DNA of 64,000 nt from Stegostoma tigrinum (taxonomy: Eukaryota), in NCBI RefSeq assembly GCF_030684315.1, contig NC_081380.1:34808705-34872704 (forward strand), written 5' to 3'. Under the pieces are notes generated by a model. The model made no database searches. It worked only from the letters and a program-made list of their open reading frames with translations, and was not told the origin of the DNA. Made by a program: the position numbers and the translations under genes. Position 1 is the stretch's first letter. The number at the start of each line of letters is the position of its first letter. Below, in pieces: positions 12,784 through 25,794 of the stretch.

Positions 12784-14364
12784 GAACTGCCAATTCTTTC
12801 CAAGACCCATAACGTCCTGATGTGGAAATGTTATAATTCCTTCATGACTGGGTCAAAGTCCTGGAGTTTATTGGCTGTAAAGTATTTTGGGACATCCTGG
12901 GGTTATTTACAATTTAATATTCATCCTAGTCCTTTTTTAAAAGCTAACAGATGCTAGATATGATCATTCAGCATGCTGCAAAATGAAAATGGAATCTGTT
13001 GTACTTTGTTATAAAAAGCCCAGAAATTTATGGGAGAGTTTGTTTTATCTCTGCATAGCTGGCAGTGGCCTAACTTTGTCTGAACTAGCCATAATATTAA
13101 CAATGCGTTTCTCACAAACATTACTATAACAGAACCTCCAATTTCATGGTGCGGCTGTGGGGGTGGGTGTGCGTGGAGGACAGAAAGTGTTAAAGTATGG
13201 TTTTACAAAGGAATGCAGCCAGAAACCATACAAATGCCTGTGAGCTGCAAAAGGAAATATTCTTTTTAATTTGGTTCTGGCAGAAAACCTTCACCTTGGA
13301 GCTACGATTATCCCAGCAGTCAAGGGCAATTTCTGCATTAAAACTCAGCAATAAAATATAGTTTAAATTTAAAAATGGATTAAACATGAAAAGTTCCAAG
13401 TGAATTAGTGTTGTTCTGAAGTGAAATATAAAATTTAAATTCTCTGCGACCCTTTTACTCACTCAGCAGTAAATTTCTTATGAAAAACATTGGCTCTTCA
13501 ATTGGTTAAAGGTGTAACAAACACACAAATTTGTTACCAAGTCCAGCCTAGTGATGGGCAATGGAGATCATCGATATTTTTATGTTGGGTTGGTCCTGAA
13601 TTGGAACTGCCTCCCAATGGGATCTTCAATTCAAGAGCTTTTGGGCTACATTTCTGTTCTTGGGGGCCAAGGATAGGTTTGTCGCCACAACCTCACTTTT
13701 CTGCCTGAAGCCCTCCCACTACCCACCCCCGCTTGTTCTGAGTCTTGGTCTAGTATTGTTCTGTCTACTTAAATGCTACCAGATTATATTAATCTTCAGT
13801 ATTGTCACTGGGTGCAGTGTAAATTAGATTCTTCCATGGCTATCCACCCCTGTGGTAGAAAACATAAAAATACTTCCACTAATGTGTGGGGCTTTGGGTT
13901 ACACTGGAGAACAGCTGGGCACTACTATAAGCCTGTACTTCATCCTGAATGAGCCATTAGGATCACCAAAGTATTCAGTGGAAGATTTAGCACTAACACA
14001 GCTGTATCCACCTCTCTTTGCTTTCATGCTCTTCCCCAACCCCCTTCCAAAATGGTATGAAAAATCCATCATACTTATATTGGGGTAGTAAAACAGACAT
14101 TTTATCTGACTCCAGAGTGTGCTTTTCCTGCTATGTCTCCAAGCAACAAAGACGGTCATTATGGCCTTTCAGAAAATGCTGGCATGACTGGAGCTGTCAG
14201 ACTCAGTCTTTGAGTAAGCCTGGCATTGTGTACACATCATTAAACAACTGTGAAGAGTCATATTTCTGGCGACCTAGTAAACAGGGCCTCAGTGGCACTG
14301 AGACTGTTCCAACTTTTCCACACTTTAATATTATTGACATTGTTTCTGAAAACACACAGATCCT

Positions 14365-14640
14365 AGACTGGAGATCTAGTGTAGTAAGAGATGCTTAAGG
14401 TGAGAGGGGAAAGATTTAAAAGGGGCCTGAGGGGTAACGTTTTCATGCAGAGGGTGTTGCCTGTATGGAATGAGTTGCCAGAGAAGGTGATGGAGACGGG
14501 TATAATAACAACATTTAAAAGGCATCTGGATGGGTGGGAGGAATATGGGCCAAATGCTGGCAAGTGGGACTAGGTGAGTTTAGGATATCTGGTTGGTATG
14601 GATGACTTGGACTGAAGGGTCTGTTTCCATACTGTAGGAG
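14365..14640 (+). mobile_element. CR1 (HER1-like) LINE 3' end
   Basis: LKVRGERFKR.LRGNVFMQRV..VWNELP, with tail gaagggtctgtttccatactgta. Confidence 0.85.
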
Positions 14641-15894
14641 TTTGTGTTGTCCTGGAATGTGTTCAGGGGAACAGAAGTTGCAAAATGGCTTGGGTTACAT
14701 CTGAGTGGGCAATTCAAATAATTATTGGTGAAGTTATGATATGTTCATTTATCCCTGTATTCCAAACACCCTGATGGATTAATTTTTGTATTTATACTTC
14801 TGTCAATAAGAATTTAGGAGATCTGAAGTTTTTGAGGTGTTGACCATACCGAAATGCAGGTAGCCAGAACAGAAAAATTATTTACATGATTCCAGGTTTA
14901 AATATATAATAGACAATTTATATCTAAATGTGCCTAACTGAACTCAATAGAATTTAAATCCCTTTTTCTCCTCCTTTGAAATGTCAAGAGTTCAGGAAAA
15001 CATGACCCCAACAACTAAGCAATTGGGATAGGTTTTGTTCTTTGACGTGGAGGCATCCTCTGTTAAGATTGCACAAAACTGGCAAGATCAGCTCATTATA
15101 GTCATGCATGCCTCATATCTGCTTATGTCTGAGTCCCCCTGCCTGTGGCGAATGCATTCAGTGCATTAAACACATTGAATTCATCATGGTGTGCAATGAA
15201 GCTTCTTTAAAGACTACACAAATACAAGGTCCTCTGAGGAAAACTGATTTATAAACTGATTGTGGGACAGAAGTGGACAGGTAGCAATTCCTGCCATTGA
15301 TTGGAGAGTTGAGTTGGCAGCATCTACACAGTGGGTTTTGTTTATTCCAAATTCTTAACTTGCTCGTGGTGAGATGGAACCCAACTACAAATTGTTATTT
15401 TCCCCTTGGCCCAGAATTCAACTCCTATTTGTCAAAGTAGTCGAAGCATCAGTTCATCACCCGACAGCACCAGTGGCAAACCTGTTAAATCATTCACTCT
15501 GCATTGCCTCTTACTCTCAACTGACCCAGGTCCAATGGGAGAAAGATTGCAAACCAACCCCTATTCGGGCTCTGAAGGATACACTGAGAACACATTTCTG
15601 TATACAATAATGAGGTGTTCTGGTCTATCAGGCATGTGCCACACTAATTGCCTATCTTGCCAGATGAAACCAATTATCATTCTGTTCTCCCAGATGCATA
15701 AACATAATTGTTATTGCCCTCCTTTGGTGCCTGCTCCCATCCCCTTTAATTTAAGAGTAATTTGGTATGGGTTGTGTAACAACAAATTGCTACCTACCCT
15801 GTTTGAAATACTTCCCTCTTGGTTACCATGGGCAATTATAAATCAAAAAAACTCAAATATTTCTAAATGTGCTAACATGTTGAATCGAAAAGTA

Positions 15895-15985
15895 ACAAAG
15901 GTTCTGGGCCCGAAACGTCAGCTTTTGTGCTCCTAAGATGCTGCTTGGCCTGCTGTGTTCATCCAGCTCCACACTTTGTTATTTA
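15895..15985 (+). mobile_element. Short 3' fragment of the young Penelope pLTR family
   Basis: gggcccgaaacgtcagcttttgtgctcct...catccagctccacactttgttat, the same unit as at 27.5, 37.4 and 56.9 kb; starts inside the hammerhead motif. Confidence 0.8.
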
Positions 15986-16039
15986 TAATTGAGATTGGTG
16001 TTTATTTTGGTCTTTAGTGAACAGTCTGTGACATCCATG

Positions 16040-17245
16040 ACAGTAAAACACACGAGCAGAAGTAGGTCATTTGGCCCATCAAGTCTATTCTGCCACTTAA
16101 TGAGCTCATGGCTGATTTGATAATCCTCAATTCCATTTTGCCCAGAACCCTTGATACTCTTATGAATTAAAATTGTCTATCTCAGCCTTGAATACCCTTA
16201 ATGACCCAGCTTGACAACTCTCTGCGATAAAGAATTCCACAGAGTCGCTACCCTCAGAGAAAAAAAAATCCTCATCTGTCTTAGATGTGTGATCCCTTAC
16301 TCAGACTGTGTCCTCTGATCCTAGACTCTCCCATAAGGGGAATCAACCTGATCACATCTACCCCGTCAAGTTTCCTAGGAATCTTGTACGTTTCAAAAAG
16401 GTTGTCTTTCTTTCTTTTAAATTCTAATGAGCACATACCCAGCCAATTCAACCTCTCCTCCTAAGACAGTCTCCCCATATCAGCGAGCAACCTTAGTGAA
16501 CTGCCATCCATTCCTCAGTTAAGGGGACCAAAACTGTTCACAATATTCCAGCTTGATCTGACCAGTGCCTTGTATAGTTTTAGCAAGGCTTCTCAACATT
16601 TATACTGTACATAATTTCTTTTGAAATAAACATTCATTTGCCTTCTCTATTATCTGCTAAACTTGGATGACAGTTTTTGGTGAGTTATGCCCAAATCCTA
16701 CTGTACAACATTTTTTCTACAGTCTTTCCCCGTTTAAATAACATTTAGCTCCTCTATCCTTCCTATTAAAGTGCATAAAGTAATATTTTCCACATTGTAT
16801 TCCATCTACCAAGCTTTCTCGCACTCACTTAACCTATCTATATCTCTCTACAGTCTCTTTGAAACATCCTCACTACTTGCCTTCCAACTATTTTTGTGTC
16901 ATCTGAAAACATGTGATAGAACATTCACTTCTGTCATCCAAGTCATTTATATATTTGTAAATAATCGTGACCGCCAAGCACTGATCCTTGTGGCACTCCA
17001 CCAGTTACATGTTGCCATTCTGAATGCCCCCTTTATCTCAACTCTCTGTCTTCTATTAGCTCGCCTTTCCTCTATCTCTGCTAATATACTGCCTCTAACA
17101 ACAAAAGTAGCCTCATGTACAAAACCTTGTCAAATGCCTTTTGAAGTTTCAAATGTATTAGATCTACTGGTTCCCCTTTATCAATCCTGCGTTTGCCTCC
17201 TTAAAGAACTATAATTAATTTTTCAGACATGATATCCCTTTCATG
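16040..17245 (-). mobile_element. CR1 LINE 3' ~1.2 kb, decayed
   Basis: Antisense CR1 3' tail (gagcagaagtaggtcatttggcccatcaagtct) and RT remnants. Confidence 0.8.
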
Positions 17246-17690
17246 AACGTTCAGAGGAAAAATGGCGGCCAACGCACTCACACCAAGTTGAGGACATTTT
17301 ATTTCTTTTAGTCTGTGGGGCACAGCCTATTAGGCTGGGTCTGAATGGTAGTTAAACATTTGTCATAATGAATCCTTCATTGAGTAAGCAATCCCTTGTT
17401 AAACATATAGGTAAAATTAACTTATGCCTCCAGAGAGGTGCGCACTCATAAATAATCACATACTCTTATACGCAAGGTGGCCATAAGTATGGAACAGGAG
17501 TTCTATTACAAAGATTCGATTACAACGTGTTCATATTACCTTCAGCCTCAGCGATCTCCATAGTAAAGTGCTAAATCTTTACTGCACTCATGGACACAAG
17601 AGTTGAGGATCGCTCGCCATCTGCTGACTAGTCAAGATACTTCTCGGAGATGAGTAATGCCTCACTAACATAACATCCATCCTTCTTGGG
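17245..17690 (-). mobile_element. Possible LTR remnant with adjoining polypurine tract
   Basis: The minus strand reads aagaaggatgga|TGTTATG... with AATAAA near the far end and a CA terminus. No TSD found. Confidence 0.3.
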
Positions 17691-17799
17691 ATGTGGAAAC
17701 AGGCTTGTTAACTTTGACATGGTAGCCATGTAACCAATTCCTGCACCTAAAATGATAGTCAGTTAGAAATCTGACATCTGGAAGTGTAAATGTTAATAG

Positions 17800-19560
17800 T
17801 AGTGTATACAACGATGTGTTACCCATACTAGTAAGTGCAATCAGTGTCTTTTTTTCCTACTTGCCCTGCTACGAGGTGCAGACTGGGCTTTGCAGACAGG
17901 GGGTAGTGAGCATGCTCTGTGGTGTAACCTGTTTGTGGCCAGAGAGTCCAGATATACTGAGAGAATCCTGCCCTGATGCAGGTGCACCATCCTCAATAGC
18001 AATCTCTGCAGGTTTGGAGACCAAAGGCGGGGGGAGGAGGAGGGGAACCTCGAGTGTACTGAGAGGAGACCTCTAGGGGGATTGCTTCTCCAGCTAAGTA
18101 CCGTCTGGCATCACTCTGCCCCCTGAGAGAAAGGGAACCTTGTGGGAGGTCAAGGTCCATCGCATCTCCCTTGCTGTGGCATAGGTGCTGATCACTGATG
18201 ACTAAAGCAATGGAGTGCAGGTTGGCATACATCCCTGGCAGCCGCTGAGTATTCTGCTGGACTGATTATGGATAGCAGCTGGTAATCTGTCCACCAAACG
18301 CAAAGATGATGGAGACAGCACAGTACTGATAACCTCAGTGGATTCCTCTGCCTTCAGTTTACTGAGTGTCTCTGCCCACCCTGTCTGCTGTTCCTGTGAC
18401 CGTCTGTCAAAGTTCTGGATGGCCGACACCAAAGGCTCCTCTCCTGCCTGGGGGTGAACAGGTTCCTGGTCTCTGGCAATCCTCCAAATGCCAGACCCGA
18501 GGCCTCTCTTCCCTTGCCCAGCTGTGGACACACGGCAATGATGTGGTCACGAGAGTGTGCTCCCAAATCTAATCCAGATGGAGATCTCCTGGAGGTGGAA
18601 GTCTCTCACCTGGTGGAGGATGTGGAAGGCTTTTGTCGGTGTGTTCGTGGAAGGATCCGTGGTCTTTTCCTCAGGGGTTGGGGAGCGGCTGATAGTATGA
18701 GGCACTGGCCGCTTCAGGGTGGAAATTGTGTAGGTGACATTAGTGCCTGTTCCATGTTGCATGCTATTGATACTAGAATAAAGGTAGAGGCTTCAGCATC
18801 TAAAGAATGTGTTCACAATGCAGTTCATGCAGGAGCACAAGCTTGGTTGTTTCAACATACAGAACTAAGCAACATCCCCAGTGATCACAGCCTTCTGCAG
18901 CCATTTTGAGGATCTTCTCTTCAGCGGACTTGAGTACACAAATGTCAGCCACAGCCCAAAAATTGCACCACCCCCCGCCAACCCCCCCCAACCCATCTTG
19001 GCCTGCTCTACCTGGTCATGTGACACTTCCTTTTAAGATCAAAGAAAGCATTGAGGGAGGTGAAAGTGCTGCAAGAACTGTTAGAGACAGAACAGGAGCG
19101 GGAGAAGTGGTGAAGTGTCCTGACTGAGTATGTAGGAAGTGCAGAGGGCAGGAAGGGATGTTAGTCTGGGATAGGATTAGGGGAGATGAGGTGGGTGAGA
19201 GCCACTGAGTGGGAATGCTGCACAAAGCAGTGCGTGTTGTAGACCACTGACCTTGGCGGGAGGTGTGTGCAGTAGTGAGTGTAAGATAACAAGCAGAATA
19301 TGATGGCACTTAACTGTCTGGAGTGCAGGTTACCGACCTTCTTGCAGCATTGCTGGGCGTTCCATTTGGTCTATAAGATGTTATTGATGCAGACTGCCAG
19401 TGGGGTTCAGACTTGCCCATGCTGGGTGCCTCCTTTGTTGGTCCACAGGGAAGAGGATGCCCCTCCTTTCTGCCACCCTATCTACTAGCACTTCCAGGTT
19501 CCTTTCCCCAAAACAGGCTGTCAATGCCTCTTCCTGGGACATCTTGGAGACAGAAACGTT
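17800..19560 (-). mobile_element. PIF/Harbinger transposon fossil: Myb/SANT-like DNA-binding ORF2, disrupted
   Basis: Minus strand from ATG 19542: MSQEEALTACFGERNLEVLVDRVAERRGILFP...AW, frameshift, LAVCIN...WNAQQCCKKVGNL; then downstream ADICVLKSAEEKILKMA. Resembles the Harbinger Myb/SANT protein. GC-richer than flanks. Confidence 0.6.
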
Positions 19561-20357
19561 GGGACAACAGCAGACAATGAAGTGCAGTTCCTGATATGCA
19601 GCATTTCAAAGTGGTTAATTGTAACAGTCATCTAATAGTGAACAATTTAGTCAACCCAGATAAATGATACTTACAACATTTGTTAAAAACATTAAATCAG
19701 AGACAGTAAATATGCAAATGTTTGCACCATTATACACTCCTTACAGAATAATGAAGAACATAAACCTCACAGTTAAAACCATTTCAGATTATGTGCAAGG
19801 TCTGCCTGTAGGTTTGAGTCTGGAGAGGGGCCAGGTTATGTGGGAGAAGGAAACGTGGGAGGTCTCCAGTGGTTCGACATAGGCATGTGGAGGTTTTATA
19901 GTATGTTTGTAACATCCTCTGTGTAAATAGAGGTCTGTGTTGTGTTTGTTTAAATAGTTTGAAGCTCCTGCTGATGGAATCGACTGCTAAATGATGCCAA
20001 GTAGTGAGAGCAACTGAGATCAATGCTCTCCCATTCCACACACACACTTTCAGAGTGATCGGCATGGGTTCATGGCTGCGACACAGATCGCAGCTTAGAG
20101 AAGGCAAGTGCCTTTGTGGATAATGCTTGGTCTATTTGATCAACTGAATAGATTTTGATATCATGAGAGGGCTAGAAAGGAATTTTCAAACTGTGTTTTT
20201 CCCTTACTGACCTTGGGCTTTTCCCTTCCGCCAAAAGACTTTAGTTTTTTTCCCTCCACCAGGAGATTCCGTGTTTTGGGGAGGTTTGGAGTTACATACA
20301 GGGGAGGATGGGATTGTTTAGAAAGGATGCTGCTGTTATTACAGTGAAGGACAAGCT

Positions 20358-20675
20358 TGTGGTACACTGCTGTCTCACAGCATCAAGGGCCCAGGTTCAC
20401 TTCCAGCCTTGGGAGACTATCTGTTTGGAGTTTGCATGCTCTTCCTGTATCTACATGGGTTTCTTCTGAGTGCTCTGGTTTCCTCCCACAATCCACAGAT
20501 ATGCATGTCTAGTAGAATGGTCATGCTAAACTGCCCATAGTGACCAGGGATGTGCAGCCTATGTGGATTAGCCACAGGAAATGCAGGGTTACAGGTAGGG
20601 AGGTGGGTCTGGGTGGGATGCTCTTTGGAGGAATCGATGGGCTGAATGACCTGCTTCCACATTGTTGGGATTCTA
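20358..20675 (+). mobile_element. HE1-like V-SINE, diverged copy
   Basis: tRNA-like head, V-domain (ggagtttgca...tgggtttc...ggtttcctcccaca) and CR1-like tail ending gggattcta. Confidence 0.8.
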
Positions 20676-20894
20676 TAATAAGCTAGATGGTCTTTTCTTA
20701 CCTGTCAATTTTTATGTTGGGAATTACTTTTCCAATCATTCTGAGGGGAGATAAATGCAATATGAATGACAGGAAATCAGTGACAAGATGTCAATTCACT
20801 TATCAAAATTAGACACCTCCAAAAAACTAGCTCTTGAATGGAACTGATCAAAATCCAAAATTAACCACGCAGAACCAGTATCCTGCTATTATTA

Positions 20895-21195
20895 GGGGCG
20901 GCACAGTGGCTCAGTGGTTAGCACTGCAACCTCACAACACCAGGAACTCACGTTCATTTCCTTTCTTGGGTGACCATCTGTGTAGAGTTTGCACCCTGTG
21001 ACTGCTTGGGTTTCCTTTGGGTGCTCTGGTTTCCTCCCACAATCCAAAGATGTGCAGGCTAGGTGGATTGACTGTGCTAAATTGCCTGTAGTGTTTAGGG
21101 ATGTGTAGGCTCAGTGGGTTATATGCGAATGCTCCAAGAGTCGGTGTCAATGTGTTGGGCTGAAGGGCCTGTTTCCACAATGTAGGGATTCTATT
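20895..21195 (+). mobile_element. HE1-like V-SINE
   Basis: ggggcggcacagtggctcagtggttagcac A-box head, V-domain, and tail gaagggcctgtttccacaatgtagggattcta shared with the CR1 3' ends. Confidence 0.88.
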
Positions 21196-22024
21196 TTATG
21201 ACGCTTCTCGGTCGTCTCAAATGTCAGCTTGATGCAGTGATAGCACTCTTTGAATCAGAGATTCCTGGAATTCAGTGCGTGTTGTAGCTGAAATTGTAAG
21301 TGCAGAATTGATGGAATGCTGCAATGCTTGAGGATGTTATTTTTGTTTGGGTAAAATCCTCAAGAAAGAGCCTGTCTGGTTGTCACATTGAATGTGGAAC
21401 AATCCCAAAGCTCCCTTTCCCAGAAAGCCAGGACTGTTCTTGTTCTAGCCAACATTTACTCTAAAAGGATTCACAGTTCAGTTAACTCAATTGCTGCCTG
21501 TGAAAATTGGTCTTTGTGTTTGCTTACATAACACTCCTGACTGCAAATCACATGAAATCTACTGTGTAGGATACTTTGAGGATGTGCACTGCTATTAAGA
21601 CACACGTTCCTTTTTAGCAACAGCATGGAGTGTGACAGACACACATATAAAAAAAGTGGGGGAAAATATGTGCTCTTTCTAAGATGCTTTGAAAACATTG
21701 ATTTGTTCACGCAATGTTCCAGTTCACTTTTGGAAGTCAAATAAAATGCATCAGGGTTGGAGAACAATTCAAAATATAACAGCCAGTAAAAGCACTGACA
21801 AGGAGTGACAGATTTATGTTTCTAGCAGAAAGGTTCTGATGTCCTCCAGTGTATGGGTGTCATGTTACTATATTGAGAGAAACCACAAAACTAAGAGCTT
21901 ATTGTTTTAAGTTCCAGTAAATACAGTCAGAAAATTAAAAAAACCGGTTTAATAGGAAGTGCCTTCTTCAGAATGGGAGCTCAGGTAGGCTGCCACTCCT
22001 GTAAAAACAAACTGCCTGGATGCT

Positions 22025-22198
22025 TGAAATCTGAAATAAAACAGAAGGTGCCAGAGAAGCTCAGGAGGTTTGGCAGCATCTCTGGACAGAGAAACAGAGT
22101 ATGAGTCCAAAAGAGTCAAAAACACTAACTTTGTTTTGCTCTCCACAGATGGTGCCAGACCTGCTGAGTTTCTCTAGCACCTTTCTGCATTTATTTTG
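22025..22198. mobile_element. Older foldback (inverted-arm) Penelope-derived element, second family
   Basis: cagaaggtgccagagaagctcaggaggtttggcagcatctctggacagag ... ctctccacagatggtgccagacctgctgagtttctctagcacctttctg are imperfect inverted arms. Related arms at ~27051, 31830, 50200, 53510, 57035 and 58795. Confidence 0.65.
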
Positions 22199-23529
22199 CT
22201 GATGATCTGAAATTAAAATTAACAACACTTAGGACCAGCCTTCCATACTCAATTCTAAGGGGTTTTAGAATGGGAGGCAATCTCATTGAATCACAGAATC
22301 ATTACGGTGCAGAAGGAGTCCATTCGGCTTTACATCTTTGTACTGGCACTCTGAGCAAAAAACAGTGAAATCAAAGAGGGTTTTGTATGCAGTATTGCCC
22401 TCCCTCTCACACCTAGCCACTTCATTTATAAATCCACACTAGCCCCTTTAAAAATGTGAAGAATTCTTTAGCGTTTTCTTACAGCCTAGTAAAATCATCA
22501 CATTGGATGGGATTGGAAAGTTGAAAAATTGCAAGATTGGGTTCAGTCCAAAATTGCATGGTGGGGTTGAAAATGCCTTCTCAGGAGAGAAATGAGTTTG
22601 AGGCTTGACCCCCTGGTTTTCTGACTCAGAACAAAACACTATCATATAATTCAGCATTAACAGTAATAATCTTACCAAGAGAGCTCAGGACAAACAGCTG
22701 AGTGCAATTAAGGACAGAAATGTACAGTGAAGGACGGTTTATTCTGAAAAAAAAGTTCATTTAATATTTTTAACACAGCGTGGGTAGGCAAGGGAATCAA
22801 AGGTCATTGGGTTCAGGGCCCAGGACAAGGGGTATGGGCAGGGCTTTGTCAAGAACCAGAACCTAGCTCTCCAGGGTGAGCCCTGCTATAGTTTGAGTCA
22901 GGGTCTGGGGGACTTGTTCTGGGGTCTGTGACGGGGAGACGGTTTAGATGAGGAACGTGAAATTCGGAACCAAATGGATCAGTCGTGAATGGTGGGCAGG
23001 TTTGAGGGGCCAAACAGCCTACTTGAGTTCCTATTGGCATGCATGTTTATCCCCATCTCAAATACTCAAGCCACAACCTCACAGATCTAACTTGACCTGA
23101 GAGTGTTCGCTGCAAAGTTCGGGGGAAATAAGCCTGAAATCTGACTCCCTTGCTTTCACAGGTTTCAATATGCAACCCTAACCATATCTCCCACCTCCCA
23201 CCTTTCTACTAAAATGAAGACTATGCGGTTTGTGTAGACATGAGAACACACCCCACATTCTCCACCCATAGGCAGATTCCTCCCCCCACCTCCCACCTCC
23301 CACCTCCCACAACACCCCCACCAGACATAACCCGCCTGGGTTTATAAATATTCGTCCGTATTGGCCTTTTAAAATAAAATCATGTTACAAATGCTTGCTC
23401 CTTGGTCTTTGACAGCGAACTGCTAAACTGTGAGAGGGTGAAGGGGCGTTCCTGCCAGCGCTCAGCGGGTTATTGAGACGACTTTGCAAAGTTTTGTTGT
23501 GGGTTGTTCCAAGTTCAAACTTTATTTCT

Positions 23530-23640
23530 CTCCGCCTCCTCCCCGCCCCACTTATGATCCTGAGTCCCAGCCAATGCGCAGCCTCGCGGGCGTTCCCTTC
23601 AGCCTCTCTCTATAATCAGCAGCTTCATAGAAACAATGAA
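23530..23640 (+). promoter_or_regulatory. RFLNB: RFLNB core promoter: GC box (23541), CCAAT (23571), TATA-like (23611)
   Basis: ccccgcccc, ccaat and tataat in canonical order and spacing, in a CpG-richer segment ~380 nt upstream of the ATG. Confidence 0.6.
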
Positions 23641-23997
23641 ATCTTTGAGCTGGGAAGATCTTTGACTGCGGTGAGGCTCCTCTGGCACTTACACGCCAGC
23701 ATTCAGGTCTCTCTGTGTGTCTGTGTGAGAGAGAGAGAGAGAGGAAAGACACCACACCACACAGGCACAGAGACAGAGCTGGCGGGGTAGAACACGGTAG
23801 AGTGTATTACTGCCAGGTTACTTTGTAAAACATTTATTTTAATATAAAAGGAATTGCAGGTCACTGGATTTTTAAGCTTTTGCGGTATTAATTTTGCACG
23901 TTTCCTTTTTATTTGAAACGTTTGTACATTTACACACAGAGACACACACACACATATACGAGAGGTCTTTTGGAGCGAAATCATCGAAAAAGCAACG

Positions 23998-24213
23998 ATG
24001 GTGGGCAGCCTGAACCTGCAGGAGGTGACGGGTCCTCTAGTAGAGCCCAAGCGGCTGGGGGAGCGGGTCCTGGATAGCCCCGACTCTGGGCTTCCCCCCA
24101 GCCCCAGCCCCACGCCCAGCGCCTGGTTGCCGTCCCCAGGAGGTGCAGAGAACCGGCTGGCTGAGCAGGAAGACGCCGGCTTCCCACAGAGGAGGGGACA
24201 GTCGCTACAAACG
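23998..24213 (+). CDS. RFLNB: Refilin-B (FAM101B) coding exon 1
   Basis: MVGSLNLQEV...VLDSPDSGLPPSPSP (refilin PEST/DSG degron); donor ACG|gtaggt, phase 0. Confidence 0.93.
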
Positions 24214-24424
24214 GTAGGTACATGCAGTGGACACTGGTGTGCTTAGGGAGATGGGCTGAATTCAGTATGGATTTCAGCAATTTGCTCCCGCGTCGTGTTT
24301 GATTGATGGGCTGAATCAGCCGTGCACTGCGGGCTGAAAATTAATTTGCATCGATTTTTCAAATGTCGATTAATGCCTTCATTATTAATGTTAATGCAAC
24401 ACCGTGGAATTGTTCGAGGACAAA

Positions 24425-25030
24425 TGAGTCAGTTTCATTATGTAGATTTCACAAGATATGAATGTTTAGGAGAAGCTTTGAAGTGGAGAACAAGGTGACT
24501 CGTAGATTTAACGTTTACGAAATAGCGATTTGAACATTTTGAGAGGTATTGAGATGAGGTGGTGTTGCACCTTTTATAGATGCCTTTCCTCAGCATTCGT
24601 GTGGATGGGGGATAGTTGGTGTTAATGGTGACTCAGTTAATTGAAGAGTATGTTTTGAGGGAAGTGGGATATGTCCTGGTGGATAATGGGTGCAGGGTAC
24701 GTGCGTTATTCCTCCTCACCAACAGCACACGTGTCACTTTTACCAGTTTATCAATGCATTGGACCTTGTCTCGAACATTAGGCATCGCGCCAAGTCGCAG
24801 CTGAATTAGCAATCGAGGCGGCTGACGTTAAATGATACGTTTTGAGCCACGCCGTGAGTGCTAATGACTCTGTTGGTCACCGGTGAGTTGCACCATGCTG
24901 CTCGTTGCCTCTGCGTGCCTGTCAGTCATGAGTCAGTGATCTGCTTTCATCTCCTGGCCTCTCCCTTCATCGGTTGTGAAAAACACCCTTCTTCACCAAC
25001 CTATTTGGTCTTTTAAAATCGATTGACTCA
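24425..25030. promoter_or_regulatory. AP-1 motif cluster, candidate intronic enhancer
   Basis: Perfect TGA(G/C)TCA at 24425, 24629, 24929 and 25024, plus CRE-like tgacgtta at ~24823. Confidence 0.45.
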
Positions 25031-25144
25031 CAGGCTGCCTTCCTCGCTAGGCTTTGGGACTTAGGACAGCTGAAGTTGTTGATTTGAAAGATCTCCCACC
25101 ACTCTGACTCCATTACGAGAGCCTACATGTCAAGGTACATTTTG

Positions 25145-25345
25145 CCAGAATCTTAGCAGACCATAGGGCTGGTCTCTCAGGGAAACAGACAGGTGGTGGT
25201 TTAACCCAAGGGCCACATGCCTCAGGCTAAGGGAGAGGTTGGGGAGAGTCCTTTTGTGGTGACTTCAGCAATGTGGGATTTAATCCCACGCTTTTGTCAT
25301 TGCTCTAGTTAAAATAAACCACCAGGCAACTAAGAAACTGACTCC
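25145..25345 (-). mobile_element. tRNA-derived SINE, diverged
   Basis: Minus-strand tRNA-like head followed by a SINE-like body; family not identified. Confidence 0.45.
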
Positions 25346-25794
25346 ATTCTCCCCTCCCAAATCACCCCATGAGATGACCTCAAGTGCTGTCAATCTTGAG
25401 TGTGGGTCTGTGTTATGAAGCTACTTTCAAAAGGCCGTTCTTCCCCAGGGAATGGCTGGTGTGGGAAAAGCCAAATTGGTGGCTTTTGGAGGCAAGAGAC
25501 ATTGAGGGGTTTTTTTGTGTCCTGATGCCTTGTCCCCATTGGAGGCTACGTATCCCAAAGTATTGCTTATCTTTCAATCTGTATGTGATACTTCACCCCA
25601 GTTTGGTGAAGTTCGGAGTGCAGCACGATAAACAAATTGCATTCTCCATTTCTGTCTCGTCCCTTTTATGTACAGCCCAGATTGAGTTGAGCTAGCTGAA
25701 AACACTCCCTTCAATTTTCTTAAGTCCCACTGAAAATGTTCGACCAGTCTAAACCTGTTTCCAGGTGGATCTCAACCTTCAGTACAGTCAACCT

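Noticed and set aside
20895-20970. tRNA gene (also at 36145 and 38750)
   Set aside because: A/B boxes are present, but there is no complete cloverleaf and each continues into a SINE body.
23636-23665. 9-codon uORF in the RFLNB leader
   Set aside because: The ATG lies at or before the inferred TSS, so it may not be in the transcript; it cannot be supported.
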